Positions 27,101-42,100 of a stretch of 64,000 nt of DNA are shown here, one piece after another; the stretch's first letter is position 1; each line of letters starts with the position of its first letter. Under the pieces are notes generated by a model. It searched no databases, was not told the DNA's origin, and saw only the letters and a program-made list of their open reading frames with translations. The stretch lies in contig NMRA01000073.1 of the NCBI GenBank assembly GCA_002633005.1, positions 706,150-770,149 on the forward strand, in the 5' to 3' direction. This DNA is from Phoronis australis. Lineage: Eukaryota > Animalia > Phoronida. The translations under genes were made by a program, and so were the position numbers.

Positions 27101-30100
27101 ACACTTAAGGCAGAAATTGGTGGTACGCTCCATGCGAATACTGGTCTGAGAATAATTGATTCTATTAGAATGAGTAGCTTTTCAACGCACCTGTAAGCAA
27201 GTGCTGATGAGAATGACTCTTTGACGTAGGTGTCGAGGACGGGCTTGAAGTGTTCGTACTTCTGTTCTTGAAGTAGATTAAGTATGTGCACCTAGAACAA
27301 GAATAAAAAAGATCATTATTTAGTTTAAAGCAAAAATACTTAGACACAGACAGCTTCTTATCGAGCACAAATTCTACCAAAAGACTAAACAAATTTCCTT
27401 CAAACCTACAACCACAAATTTAGGACAAATAATAGATCTTTTAGAAAATAAAAGGAAGGTGGATTATAATCGTGTTTCACAATGTGGTGTTCATTTGTTT
27501 TTCTGCCCAGCTAGAATCCACCTGAGGTTTGCAAGACCTCAGGTTGCTGTCCCATGGGCAGGACAACATGCTTTTATCGAGAAGCCTTATTCTTACCAGT
27601 GTATGGAAGGCGGCCTTGCCATGTGCCTCATCACCGTGGTTAGGAAGTTCGGAGAATATTGAGAACAAGGCGTCCAAGATGTCTTGTAGCATCTATAACA
27701 TAGGTTGAACAATCAAAGTATTTATTTGGTTTCGAAGTAACGCATTTGAAAATAATTCTTACATTTGGTACGGGAACATAATTCAATTAATAAAAAATTA
27801 CTCACTCTTAATGCATTCACTTTTTTCAATGTCGCCTTGTAAGAGTGACACTTTTTGAAGTATTATGAAACGTCAAAACTATCAATTTAAATAGATTCAT
27901 TGCATTGATTTATGAAAATGGAGATGTCCAGGTGACCAAAACTACAAAATAGTGATGCTATGTTTGAAGTACCTAGCAGTCGTGCCTATTGAAAAAAGAA
28001 GTCCACGATTAGGCAATTAAAAGCAAAGATCTACCTTAACAATCTCATCTCCACCCAGACCCTCTACTTTATCCAAGTACTCCTTGATGCGATCTGGATG
28101 TTGACGCCACTTCAACAGACCAAGTAGATCCACTGCATGAAGGCAAACAGCATTTAGTAACCATTGAATGAGTATTACAAAGTTTGAAATTCAATACAAA
28201 GTAATCATCCTCTACTCCAAAGACGAGCTAGTGAGCTAACAATTGAAGGTTTCCGGGCCGTTGGTATTAGCATGTCATTAAATATGTGGAAAAACCTGAA
28301 ACACATAAAGTTTGAAGACAATTTCAAAGCTGCTAATCAATTAGTTTAAACAGGTTAATCATCTTAAGGTCAAGCTATATTACATGGCATGTTCATGACC
28401 TACAAGTTAAGCACTGTCACTGACATCAGTTAGAGACAGTATCACTAAGTGACCCAAGAGCCTGTTGAAGGCCACACAGGAACACTAGGATGGAACCTAA
28501 AAACGGACACACACGGCCTTCATTGAAGGGGCCTCAAGTTGAATCTAGCTCAGGCCATCTAAAGATTAAGACCAGCCATTACATCATGACAAAATTTATT
28601 TTAAGTACTTTAACCACTTTTAAACATAACCAACAAAGTGTAATAAATAAATGAAATTTCTAATTTAAAAGATTTAATTAATAGCAGGCAACATTGCGTT
28701 AAACTGACATTATCGACAAGAGAAGAGAGTTTCCGAGGCCAACCCCACCGAGAAAACGAGCCTGGAGATCTCACTATCATAGTCAAATGTTCCGCTGGTG
28801 GATTTAAGTCCCTTGATAAATGGCAGAGTATTTTTAGAGTATTGTATTAAAATCCACCTGGTAAAGTTGTTGGCTTCCCTTGATTTCAGTGAATGTCAGG
28901 CAGACGACAGCAAGAATTGACAACTTGTAATAAAATTACAAAGCATACTTTACAGTTCTGATCAAAGCTAATAACCTCAAATCTCTATCCCATCCAAAGA
29001 GCCCAAAAATGAGATTTTGGGCCACAAAAATGATAATGTCCTTTTGAACTGTTCATACTCATGTGAGGCATTTCTCTTCTTTTTTCTTGTTTATTCCATA
29101 ATTATAAATAAACCAGTCCTTGATACCTTAGTTTACTGCTGCACACATCCCTCTGTCAATAGACCGCGTTATTACATCTATCAACTTGTTTGTCCTCAGT
29201 CGATATTACCTATATGTCACTTTACATTACAGCAAATTAAAATACAATAAAATCTCATCAATTTTGGACACAAAATGGCAGACAAGTGAAGTTTCACCAT
29301 TCTGTTTTTTTTTCATAAAATACACAAGGAAGCATCAAACCATGTTCAACGTTTCATCATTGCTACCAAAAGACAATTACAATTTTGGCAATTCAGAACA
29401 ATAATAGACCAAGGCCTTGAAAAATGAATTAAAAGAGTTATTCTGGCAATAATTTTAGTCCAAAGTTGGAGGGATTTCACTGTGCTTTTCAAGTCGATCA
29501 GCTTCCGACAAGAATTTTTACCATTCTGAGTGAGCTTGGTAGAACACAGCCTGGTCTCCACAGTGAGGCTGTCCCTTGTGCAGCGGCTGAAGAAGGTGTT
29601 ACCCCCCGTGGTGCCGGTGCTGGGGTTAATGTCTTCACTAGAGCAGGGCAGGTTGACATAGAATTCCTGCTTCAGTTTGGACACATCTTCACACTAGATT
29701 GCATGGAAATAGAGGAAATGGCAAGATAAGATTCATAACAAGTGACAAAGGATACTGAATTGGTAACTGAATGTCTGGCAATTTAGGTAATGACAAATAA
29801 TTTTGTTTCCGACACCATTTCGATTGGACTCCAATAGGTATATCATTCATTTGTTGCAGGAACTAAATCATATCCAAATGCCTCCTGGAAACATCAGAAT
29901 ATTGCCATCAAATGATATACCTGGTTGGGCAGTGAAAATTAATACCTAATATATTTGACTTGATGTACTCTAATAAAAAGGTTTCAACAAGGAATAAAGA
30001 GCTAAAAATACCCTTTAATTAATAATTTCAATCTAATAACACGAAAAACCAATATGTCGACATTGGTATGCTAAAACAAAACCCTAAACATAGATGGTAA

Positions 30101-33100
30101 ATTGTACAGAAGGAGAACCCGTTACCTCATTTTCAAAAATACCCTTGACACATGTCCAAAAGAATATGCTTTATACGATAAGAGACAACATGGGCAGCCA
30201 ATCTGGTGGGTGAAAACATCACAAAAACAAAGACACAAATTATAACAAAACTGTTAATGTTCAATAAATGACAACAGAACTGTGTGTAATCAATCATGTT
30301 ACTATACAAACCTGGATTGTGTCAACAAAATAACATTTGGTTTAGACCACTTACAGACGCTACAAAACTTTTCTCGTCTTGTTCAGATTTCTTTACCTAG
30401 ATCAGAAGTCACGATTTCTGGGCTTCGAATGAAATGACACAGCTTGCTATTGGTTAACACCAGCCTCAACAAGTTGGCTTGCTATTGGCTGACACCAGCC
30501 TCAACAAGTTGGCTTGCTATTGGCTGACACCAGNNNNNNNNNNNNNNNNNNNNNNNNNNNNNNNNNNNNNNNNNNNNNNNNNNNNNNNNNNNNNNNNNNN
30601 NNNNNNNNNNNNNNNNNNNNNNNNNNNNNNNNNNNNNNNNNNNNNNNNNNNNNNNNNNNNNNNNNNNNNNNNNNNNNNNNNNNNNNNNNNNNNNNNNNNN
30701 NNNNNNNNNNNNNNNNNNNNNNNNNNNNNNNNNNNNNNNNNNNNNNNNNNNNNNNNNNNNNNNNNNNNNNNNNNNNNNNNNNNNNNNNNNNNNNNNNNNN
30801 NNNNNNNNNNNNNNNNNNNNNNNNNNNNNNNNNNNNNNNNNNNNNNNNNNNNNNNNNNNNNNNNNNNNNNNNNNNNNNNNNNNNNNNNNNNNNNNNNNNN
30901 NNNNNNNNNNNNNNNNNNNNNNNNNNNNNNNNNNNNNNNNNNNNNNNNNNNNAAAATTACAAAGCATACTTTACAGTTCTGATCAAAGCTAATAACCTCA
31001 AATCTCTATCCCATCCAAAGAACCCAAAAATGAGATTTTGGGCCACAAAAATGATAATGTCCTTTTAAACTGTTCATACTCATGTGAGGCATTTCTCTTC
31101 TTTTTTCTTGTTTTTTCCATAATTATAAATAAACCAGTCCTTGATACCATAGTTTACTGTTGCACACATCCCTCTGTCAATAGACCGCATTATTACATCT
31201 ATCAACTTGTTTGTCCTCTGTCGATATTACCTAAATGTCACTTTACATTACAGCAAATTAAAATACAATAAAATCTCATCAATTTTGGACACAAAATGGC
31301 AGACAAGTGAAGTTTCGCCATTCTGTTTTTTTTTTCATAAAATGCACAAGGAAGCATCAAACCATGTTCAACGTTTCATCATTGCTACCAAAAGACAATT
31401 AAAATTTTGGCAATTCAGAACACTATAGACCAAGGCCTTGAAAAATGAATCAAAAGAGTTATTCTGGCAATAATTTTAGTCCAAAGTTGGAGGGATTTCA
31501 CTGTGCTTTTCAAGTCGATCAGCTTCCGACAAGTATTTTTACCATTCTGAGTGAGCTTGGTAGAGCACAGCCTGGTCTCCACAGTGAGGCTGTCCCTTGT
31601 GCAGCGGCTGAAGAAGGTGTTACCCCCCGTGGTGCCGGTGCTGGGGTTAATGTCTTCACTAGAGCAGGGCAGGTTGACATAGAATTCCTGCTTCAGTTTG
31701 GACACATCTTCACACTAGATTGCGTGGAAATAGAGGAAATGGCAAGATAAGATTCATAACAAGTGACAAAGGATACTGAATTGGTAACTGACCGTCTGGC
31801 AATTTAGGTAATGACAAATAATTTTGTTTCCGACACCATTTCGATTGGACTCCAATAGGTATATCATTCATTTGTTGCAGGAACTAAATCACATCCAAAT
31901 GCCTCCTGGAAACATCAGAATATTGCCATCAAATGATATACCTGGTTGGGCTGTGAAAATTAATACCTACTATATTTGACTTTATGTACTCTAATAAAAA
32001 GGTTTCAACAAGGAATAAAGAGCTAAAAATACCCTTTAATTAATAATTTCAATCTAATAACACGAAAAACCAATATGTCGACATTGGTATGCCAAAACAA
32101 AACCCTAAACATAGATGGTAAATTGTACAGACGGTGAACCCGTTACCTCATTTTCAAAAATACCCTTGACACATGTCCAAAAGAATATGCTTTATACGAT
32201 AAGAGACAACATGGGCAGCCAGTCTGGTGGGTGAAAACATCACAAAAACAAAGACACAAATTATAACAAAACTGTTAATGTTCAATAAATGACAACAGAA
32301 CTGTGTGTAATCAATGTGACTATACAAACCTGGATTGTGTCAACAAAATAACATTTGGTTTAGACCAGTTACAGACGCTACAAAACTTTTCTCGTCTCGT
32401 TCAGATTTCTTTACCTAGATCAGAAGTCACGATTTCTGGGCTTCGAATGAAATGACACAGCTTGCTATTGGCTAACACCAGCCTCAACAAGTTGCCTTGC
32501 TATTGGCTGACACCAACCTCAACAAGTTGGCTTGCTATTGGCTGACACCAGCCTCAACAAGTTGGCTTGCTATTGGCCGACACCAGCCTCAACAAGTTGG
32601 CTTGCTATTGGCTGACACCAGCCTCAACAAGTTGGTTTGCTATTGGCTGACACCAGGCTCAACAAGTTGGCTTGCTATTGGCTGAGACCAGCCTCAACAG
32701 GTTGGCTTGTCAGGTGGGTCGTCATATGTGCCAAGCATGTCAGGTCGGTCATCATGTGTGCTGAGCATATCAGGTTGGTCATCACATGTGCCGAGCATGT
32801 TAAGTGTGTCATCACATGTGCCATGTCAGGTGGGTCATCATATGTGCCGAGCATGTCAGGTTGATCATCAAGTGAGCCGAGCATGTCAAGTCGAGCATGT
32901 CAGGTTGGTCACCAATATGTGCCGAGCATGTCAGTTCATTCCAAGTCCAGAAATCATCTCTATTTTGACTGAGGAACAATTTTTGACAAACATAACTGCA
33001 GGTGGTAATTTCTGTGATGAAAGACAGGCTCAAAGTCACTTGAATACTAATTTAAAAGCACTTTGTTGAATGTCTAAATACTAAAGATTAGACGGAAATT

Positions 33101-36100
33101 GTTGTTAAAGATTTGTCCTGAAGAATCATACTTTTAAGTGCATCATTATCTTCCTCAGTCTTTAAAATAAACATCTAGGATATTTATACCCCAATAATGC
33201 ATCACATTTTAAAGTTACAGACGCGTAAACAACTAGAAAGATAACCTTGACTTTTGGGCAGAGAATTAAAGGTGATCACGACCTTTATTAAAATCTACCT
33301 AAATTTGCAACAAATATCTTGCTAATTTAGCAAGATTACACTCAATAAGTATGGAAAGTAAGTAAAGACCTCACTATCCTAACACCAGTCAAATTGTGAT
33401 TAATTATTGTTAGCATCTAAAATACTCAATAATTCTGTTGCCTGTGAGCCAACAGATGTCATTGCTAGTATCTTGTTAACAACTAGGACTAAGTGAACAT
33501 GCCTATGTGAAGTTAGTCCACACCGATTGTACAACATAAAACAACTGCTTAGTACATTATCAACACGTTACATAAAGACCTGGAAGTGAGAAGGCTGTTT
33601 TAAAAGCTGCATTAATAAGACTAGCAAGAGATGGTATAGCTCAACATAACAATAGAAGAACAGAATTTTCTTTTGAAGCAATATCAAGCAACAAAAAAGC
33701 ACAATGGCTGCAGCCTACACTATGTGACGATTGCTGTCTGCTATAGGTGGTGCCATATCTGCATTCTCTCTAGCAAACTGACCAATGATAACTCTGTCCA
33801 ATGTGAGCATTGTAATTATGTCTTGCATGATAATTTTCACTGTGTTCTGTTTCAACAGTTTCCCATACAGCAACTATCATTATGTCTCACATGACAACTG
33901 TCATAAAGATTGCGTTCCACATGACAATCACCATTGTGTCCCACTCGACAACCACCAAGTTCCACATGACATCATAATGCCCCACATGACAACTATCATG
34001 ATTGAGTACCACATGACAACTATCATTGCATACCACATGACAACTATAATGTCTCACAAGACAACCTATCAGTGTGTCCCACAGGACAATTATAGTGTCC
34101 CATTTTAGCGTCATATGTGACAACTATGATTGCGTGTCATGTGACAACCATTACCAAGACCGGACAATTTTGACTGTGTTCCGTCACAAGTCACTTCATT
34201 CCAAGCTTGTGTCCCCTGTACGGCAACTATGATTGTGTTACACATGACACCTGTCACTCAACTAACCACTGTTTGGGAATGAACGAGACCAGTTGTTGGC
34301 ACAAAGAATAAAGCATGACCAAACCAATATCAAGAGGCGCCACCTATTGCAGACAGCAAACCCATAGTGTGCATCGAGCTTAAGACCACTTTACCCTCTT
34401 CAGGTCCTCTTTACTACGGCAGTAAAGTGTCTAAATATCAGGGAGGAAGCCATTTATTAACAGAAAATTTAACCAACTGATGCTTGTTGAGGAAATGACT
34501 ACACCCCCAAAGGGTTCACACATCCCAAATTGCAATGAACCTGAATGCTTCTCCTTAACACTAGAATTATGAACAAAGTAGACAGCAGTCATTATTAGTT
34601 AAAATCAACACAATCAATAGTTTTCCATCATCATCTATTGTCTTTAACCGTGTTAACTCCATTAAAGGAGAGCCAACAAATGTTACAGTTTTGTTTGCGC
34701 TGCGAATTGGTTTGACAATGTGATCTGAGCAGGCCTCAAAAACAGTTTTTTCAACGATTAACTTTTACAAGTGGCAACAAAACAGGACTCCCAATACAAC
34801 GCAGTGAGAACATAGAAAGCTGTGCAACATGTTTGATAAAAATTCGCTGGAAAATCTTGAAAACCTCAAATTTTCTAAACCACTGCATTCATTTAAATCG
34901 ACAATCAAACATAGTGATCAGAGCAAAGTGCCCGTTCATGAAACATAGGCTGCATTTGAAACACTAAATACAATAAAGCCAAATTCTCAATTCAACAGGC
35001 AAGTGAGGTTTTCACAGTCAATGCAAATGACCGCGTTTTTAACTCTGTAAGTGTAACAAATATTCAAAATCAATTCATTTTTGGTGTCTTTTTATAAGAA
35101 TTACCTTACAACTCAAGAGAGTGCGTGTGAAAACAAGACAAAATGAAACTGCACAACATTAATTTGCTTAAAAGCCAACATCAAGTTTCACTTAAAATTA
35201 CTAAGAGAACAAAAACTATAGACAGAAAGGACTTACAAAGGAAGACGCATGTGAAGAATCGGTCTGCAAAAGTTAGAGGAGTACAGACATTAATCACTCG
35301 ACACAATAACAAGTGGTATGTGCCACGGGCTTAGGGGACTTCAGCCTGTCACTTTGGGCACGAATGATGTACAATTTTCTTGCTAATATTTTCTAATTTA
35401 ATGCTAACTGCGATAAATTCAGAGCTCACCTTGTGTTAGTTATTATACATTATGGCAGGCTCACAACCCACCTCGCACTATATCTAAACTGTCCTGAGAG
35501 ATGAGAAAGTAATTTTGCCAGCCGGTACATGCAGTGTGATTGGACACTTTCCCTTGTGCTATACAAATACTAACGTGTCAACAACAGTTAACTACCATTC
35601 TGACAAACGATTATTGTTCAATTATTGTGACCGGCAACTTAGTGGGCTCGGTCTGAAGAAATCACAACCTGTCAGCTCTTCTCAGGCCTAGAAACGGCAG
35701 CGACTTCTGATTGGAGGAAAAAACATGACGAGACCAAGGCTACAATTGGTGAGGGTCCCAAATCAAAACTCGTTTTTGACAAAAGACAAGTCCAGTTTAT
35801 TAACCCAGCCTATAAAAAGCCTACCAAAGTTTTTTCATTCAACTTTAGAGGTGTTTGAATATGATGCTGTTTGTGACTTTTAAAACTGACTCGGACTCTT
35901 GGGTGCATAAAACAATATTCAACAGTGTTATTCCCTACAAAAATTTGTTCACAGCCATAACTTAGAAAGAAAATTTCTAAGACTTCGTAGTGAATAGCAA
36001 CAGAAATTATTAGGTCAAGAAGAAATTAAATCTGTTCTGTAACGTTTTCAAAACCATAACAAGAGCAACACAGAGCGTTGACATGCGCCCATGACTACAC

Positions 36101-39100
36101 AGCTAACAATGCTAACAGTGTGCTTCCAGCAGATTTTCTATCACAAAAAATGTCCATTGAACCCATCCAAAAATAGCAAGGAGTCACCCTCTCTCAAACA
36201 TATTTGACAAATTTCATGAAAATCCCTTAAAGAACTCCAAAGATATGAAGGCAAACAGTCAAGTAAAAAACGGCTGCCATTAGGAATCACAGTGGCAGTC
36301 GAATCCATCTATCTGCTGTCAAGTTAATAAGAATACAATAAAATTTCAAAACCATTGTGCAAGGGGTTCAGAAGACACATAGCCATAGATACGAAAAACT
36401 GTCACTAGAGGACACCTAAGTTGTTGGACATGTTTGAAAATCCACGTCAGCCATGCTCTTGTCAGTGGGAACACATCTGCCAATTTTACAATGATCCTCT
36501 GCGCGGTTTGGCAAATACAGACTGAAGCAGACAACAAATACAGACTAAAAAATTAAAATGGCAACTAGATGGTGTAGAATATGTCGAAGCACAGCGTTTG
36601 TCAGATCCACCTGAAAGTCGTCATCCATAGTCAACTTCTAAATGCTAAATTAAATTAAATTCAATAAAGATCCTGAAGAGAGCTTAGGAAATTCAGCCAT
36701 GGGCTCAAAAAAAAAACAAAAATACCAACAAAAAGGTGCCATTTGATAGTAGTTGAAGTCGTCAGAAAATCATTGTCAGCCCTCTTCTTCACGGTAGAAA
36801 GTAACATGTATGACAATTTTCACAATCATCCTTAAAGTGGTTTCATTGGTTGATAGAGGGGCGGAAGCCAAAAAAATCGAAAACTTTAAAAATGATCACT
36901 AGGTGGTGCAAAATGACTCGAACACATCCAAAAATGGGAGGATAGCGTCACCTCGCATATTTTCCAACTTTCATGAAAATCTATTGCGGACTTTTGAAGA
37001 CAAAGACTGAGGTAAACTTAAAATAAAATTGCCATTAGTGGGGCACACTGGTAGTCAGATCCGTCAGAAAGTTCGCTTATGCTGTCCCATCCACGAAAGC
37101 AAGATTTCAGGAACATAGTTACCGCACATGAAAAGGTTTTAAAGATAGAGCAGACGATACCCGACGCTGGGCGGATGCGGACGTACGGCAGACAGGGATG
37201 ACAGCACAATGTGCCCACATATGTGGGTGCATAAAAATGCTCTTAACTAACCCCTGTCCAGGGGAGATAACAACCCCACATTTGGTCACACAACAGATCC
37301 CAGCGTCATTCTCTAACAAGCTTGACAGCAAATGAATGATTTACTGTTCTGTATAATAAATCCAGGATTTATGACCAATTTATGTCCATTTTGTCAAAGT
37401 GACTTTACATTCAAAAAGACTCCAAGGCGCTCTTTCAGAAAAAGCTGAAGGGAAGTTGTATTGTCGACTGTTACACCCTGATCGAACAATGAAATACCAG
37501 CAGTTTAGTTACTAAAGAAAAAGTCAACATGTCGTGAACATATCCACTAAAACAAGAAAATGTAGGAACACTGCATTTATCCACCTTCACTCTTATCAGG
37601 CTTCTATTGTGAGTCAGCATGCGTGAATAATTGGCTGATAAGCCACCTCTGGAACTACTTTTGGCTGAATGGATGACCAGGCCATAAAATGATAATTAGC
37701 CAAGACCAGTTACTATAATGCAACAAAGAATAATGTCTTGCATCACCTAACCTTGGTGGAAANACAAGTCCAGTTTATTAACCCAGCCTATAAAAAGCCT
37801 ACCAAAGTTTTTTCATTCAACTTTAGAGGTGTTTGAATATGATGCTGTTTGTGACTTTTAAAACTGACTCGGACTCTTGGGTGCATAGAACAATATTCAA
37901 CAGTGTTATTCCCTACAAAAATTTGTTCACAGCCGTAACTTAGAAAGAAAATTTCTAAGACTTCATAGTGAATAGCAACAGAAATTATTAGGTCAAGAAG
38001 AAATTGAATCTGTTCTGTAACGTTTTCAAAACCATAACAAGAGCAACACAGAGCGTTGACATGCGCCCATGACTACATAGCTAACAGTGTGCTTCCAGCA
38101 GATTTTCTATCACAAAAAATGGCCATTGAACCCATCCAAAAATAGCAAGGAGTCACCCTCTCTCAAACATATTTGCCAAATTTCATGAAAATAAAGAACT
38201 CCAAAGATATGAAGGCAAACAATCAAGTAAAAAACGGCTGCCATTAGGAATCACAGCAGCAGTCGAATCCATCTATCTGCTGTCAAGTTAATAGGAATAC
38301 AATAAAATTTCAAAACCATCGTGCAAGGGGTTCAGAAGACACATAGCCATAGATATAAAAAACTGTCACTAGAGGACACCTAAGTAGTTGGACATGTTTG
38401 AAAATCCATGTCAGCCATGCTCTTGTCAGTGGGAACACATCTGCCAATTTTTACAATGATCCTCTGCGCGGTTTGGCAAATACAGACTAAAAAATTAAAA
38501 TGGCAACTAGATGGTGTAGAATATGTCGAAGCACAGCGTTTGTCAGATCCGCCTAAAAGTCGTCGTCCATAGTCAACTTCATATAAATACACTAAATACT
38601 AAATTAAATTAAATTCAATAAAGATCCTGAAGAGGGCTTAGGAAATTCAGCCATGGGCGCAAAAAAAACAAAAATACCAACAAAAAGGTGCCATTTGATA
38701 GTAGTTGAAGTCGTCGGAAAATCATCGTCAGCCCTCTTCTTCACGGTAGAAAGTAACATGTATGACAATTTTCACAATCATCCTTAAAGTGGTTTCATTG
38801 GTTGATAGAGGGGCGGAAGCCAAACAAAATCGAAAACAGTAAAAATGATCACTAGGTGGTACAAAATGACTCGAACACATCCAAAAATGGGAGGATAGCG
38901 TCACCTCACGTACATATTTTCCAACTTTCATGAAAATCTATTGCGGACCTTTGAAGATAAAGACTGAGGTAAACTTAAAAAAATAAAATTGCCATTAGGG
39001 GGGCACACTGGTAGTCAGATCCGTCTGAAAGATCGCTTATGCTGTACCATCCACGAAAGCAAGATTTCAGGAACATAGTTACATGAAAAGGTTTTAAAGA

Positions 39101-42100
39101 TAGAGCAGCCAATACCCGACGCTGGACGGATGCCGGATGTACGGCAGACAGGGATGACAGCACAATGTGCCCACATGTGTGGGTGCATAAAAATGCTCTT
39201 AACTATCCCCTGTCCAGGGGAGATAACAACCCGACTTTTGGTCACACAACAGATCCCAGCGTCATTCTCTAACATTAGCTTGACGGCAAATGAATGATTT
39301 ACTGTTCAGTATAATAAATCCAGGATTTATGACCAATTTATGTCCATTTTGCCAAAGTGATTTTACATTCAAAAAGACTCCAAGGGGCTGTTTCAGAAAA
39401 AGCTGAAGGGAAAGTTGTATTGTCGACTGTTACACCCTGATCAAACAATGAAATACCAGCAGTTTAGTTACTAAAGAAAAAGTCAAGCGAAGCTTTCATT
39501 GACAAGTGAAATATTTTAGCAGTTCTTATGTTGTCCACATTTTCATATATATGCGATCCATACCAAACGATCTTGAAAAAGCCCCTCTTGAGGTTTTTTC
39601 AGAAATCTGTCATACGTCACACAAAACATGTTTCACAGTTTCTACAATGCCAAGATAGTATTCCTACATCCGCATGACAAAATGACCTAGAATTCCCCCA
39701 TCGTGACAGTTAGCCAAATTCATTGTCATAATAACGTTCCCTTATGACCAATAACGAAGAGTAATTAACATACTGCAGTTAGAATTATGCCGAATTTTAA
39801 CTTTTGTCATTTACTACATCTGTTTCCCAGTAACTTATAGATTTGACAATTCACGAAACACACATTAACGTCCAAAAATTAAGTGAATAGTCAAGAATAA
39901 AATACAATTTAACGTTCTGCCACTGAAAGCGACTGTTTACAAAATGTTTCGCTTGAATGTGAAGATGTTAGTTAGTCAAAGATCAGCGGTTAGTCTACTC
40001 ATTGTTCTGTAAAAAGCAATAAGTCAGAACAATCTACATTGACAGCTATTAAGCAGACGCAGAGAGGGAGATGAAGCGGTCTACCAAACTCAACCAATAA
40101 CATATCAGCTACAAAGAATTAATTAGTAATAATTGATCCTTAAAAACAAAGAAATAAATTGCAAAGTTAATCTGTCAAATCTGATCAGCACAGAAAGGAG
40201 TAAGTCATGCCTTTCACATGCCTGGTTGACAGACAAAATGTATTAAGTCTAACGCTATATCTGCTATACGTCTGCCCAACACGTCTGCTGCATAATGCAG
40301 CGTCTGCCATACAAACCTTGTAACAATATAGCTCGTGAGGCCCATCCTTGATTATTATGCCATCACTTTTCATCAGCTTCAGGAAAGAAAAAGCAAACAG
40401 CTTTTTTTCCACGCCTTTGTCTTTTGCTGAAAAACACAGCAACATGTTCTCAACATTAACATCTAGAAACTGTTAAGTTTATCCAAATTCATTTGTTAGA
40501 ATTCACTTAGAAAACTTAGAGGTACTTTCTGACTAGCTCAGCAGATGAAACTGAATATGCTGTAAATATGTGACAAATGTCTGTCACTTGTTGTGTCACT
40601 AAATGTTTTTGATTTGACACACTTGGTCAGGAGAGTATACAATCATGTGTGTCACTTTGAATGATTATGCAGGACCTTATTGGTCATTCTGTGTATTTAA
40701 CCATCTAAAAATGTTGCAGAAAGTGAAAGTATGTTTTCTGATCAGAAAGTAAAAATCCTGCACGAGTGATTTTTGACTTTTTATCAATATGCCATTAATT
40801 TAGCATAATTTAGCAAAAAAGAAACTGGAACATTGATAGCAAAACAGTGGTATCAAAAACAATCAAATTTTGTTTGATATAAATTTTACAGGCAATAATT
40901 ATTCCTGATAGCGTTTAATAGAATGGTGCGTAAAGCATACTATCTGGACATGGCATATGAATCCATTCTGCCATTTCTGAGATCTGATGTTCCAAAGTTA
41001 ACCAAATTTGGACATTTTTCTAGGGTCCTACATAAAGTAACCTTAATGCTCAGGCGCAACATACTTGAACAATGTCGAAACTCAAATCTCAGGTGACACC
41101 CTTCATATTGTTCTGTGGGCAGCGTGATCTTGATGGTCTCGTTCCAACGAGGTCCGTTGCTATGGCGAAACACTGATGACTTGTACTCAGAAGTGGGCGA
41201 TTCGCCTACGGCTCCAAAGATACAGTTCTGTAATGAAGTTTGGTGAGCATGGTCCGAACAAGAAACACAAACACTCGAGAAAAAACAAATACAGCCGTAA
41301 AATTTCAAAAATTTCAGACAAAATCTTTGGGCCAACATTGATAATTTTTGTTTTTCAAAGGCTTTTAATATTGTTGTGAAAGTCTGTAACTACTCAAAGT
41401 CATGGCTGATACAGACCATGAGAGTTGGTGTTGCTTGTCTGACTCAGTTATGAAGAAATCACAACACTTCATCTATTTGCTATATTCTGTCCTAAATTGA
41501 TGAAATTTTACTAATATCATAAGAACAGTCAGGAAACACATAATTGGCCAAATGTTCATAACTAGTGACGATATTTTATAGCTGAATTGTTGCACCAGTT
41601 AGAGAGTTAACAGAATAAACAAATTACCAAACTGCCAAGCAAAGTTCATTTTATTTACTTATCAATTAATATGTTAATCAAATAGGAGAACTCATTAATA
41701 TTTAAAATCACACACAGCTTACTAGTAGCTGTGAGGTAAAAAAATGTCATCATGGCCAAATTAAGAATAAATCAAGCAAATCGAGATGGATTCTAGTCAG
41801 TCCAGATTACAGTAGAAGCAAACAGTACTCAGATACGGAATTCCCAGTCATGGCAGCTGGGAGGAAGTTGACTTCCGTCATCACAGTACACATTTCTCAT
41901 GACCGAGAATGAACAGGAATTAACAGGAAAATTAGTAACGGTGGCTCAGTAATTTTGTAATTAATTTTATTAATTTTGGTGTTGACATAATTGGCCGTCA
42001 TGACAGAGGAAAATGGTATTTTGTCTGATTACTCTCGTCTTGTACTGTACGAATCCAACAGGTGACTTGCTATACTAATACACTCTGTCTTTTAAAATGA

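Larger units (their letters stand above)
28932..32550. repeat. Tandem duplication of about 1.6 kb (28932-30533 and 30953-~32550) flanking an assembly gap
   Basis: Offset about 2021; near-identical with scattered SNPs and small indels. Confidence 0.95.

Noticed and set aside
30479-31068. Long ORFs of 161-184 aa
   Set aside because: They consist mostly of the N gap.
32460-32935. 35-bp and 30-bp repeats as a CRISPR-like array, and their ORFs
   Set aside because: Head-to-tail units with no unique spacers, no cas genes, eukaryotic intron context.
33673-34123. His/Cys/Met-rich ORFs resembling metal-binding proteins
   Set aside because: Derived from the degenerate cacatgacaac tandem repeat.
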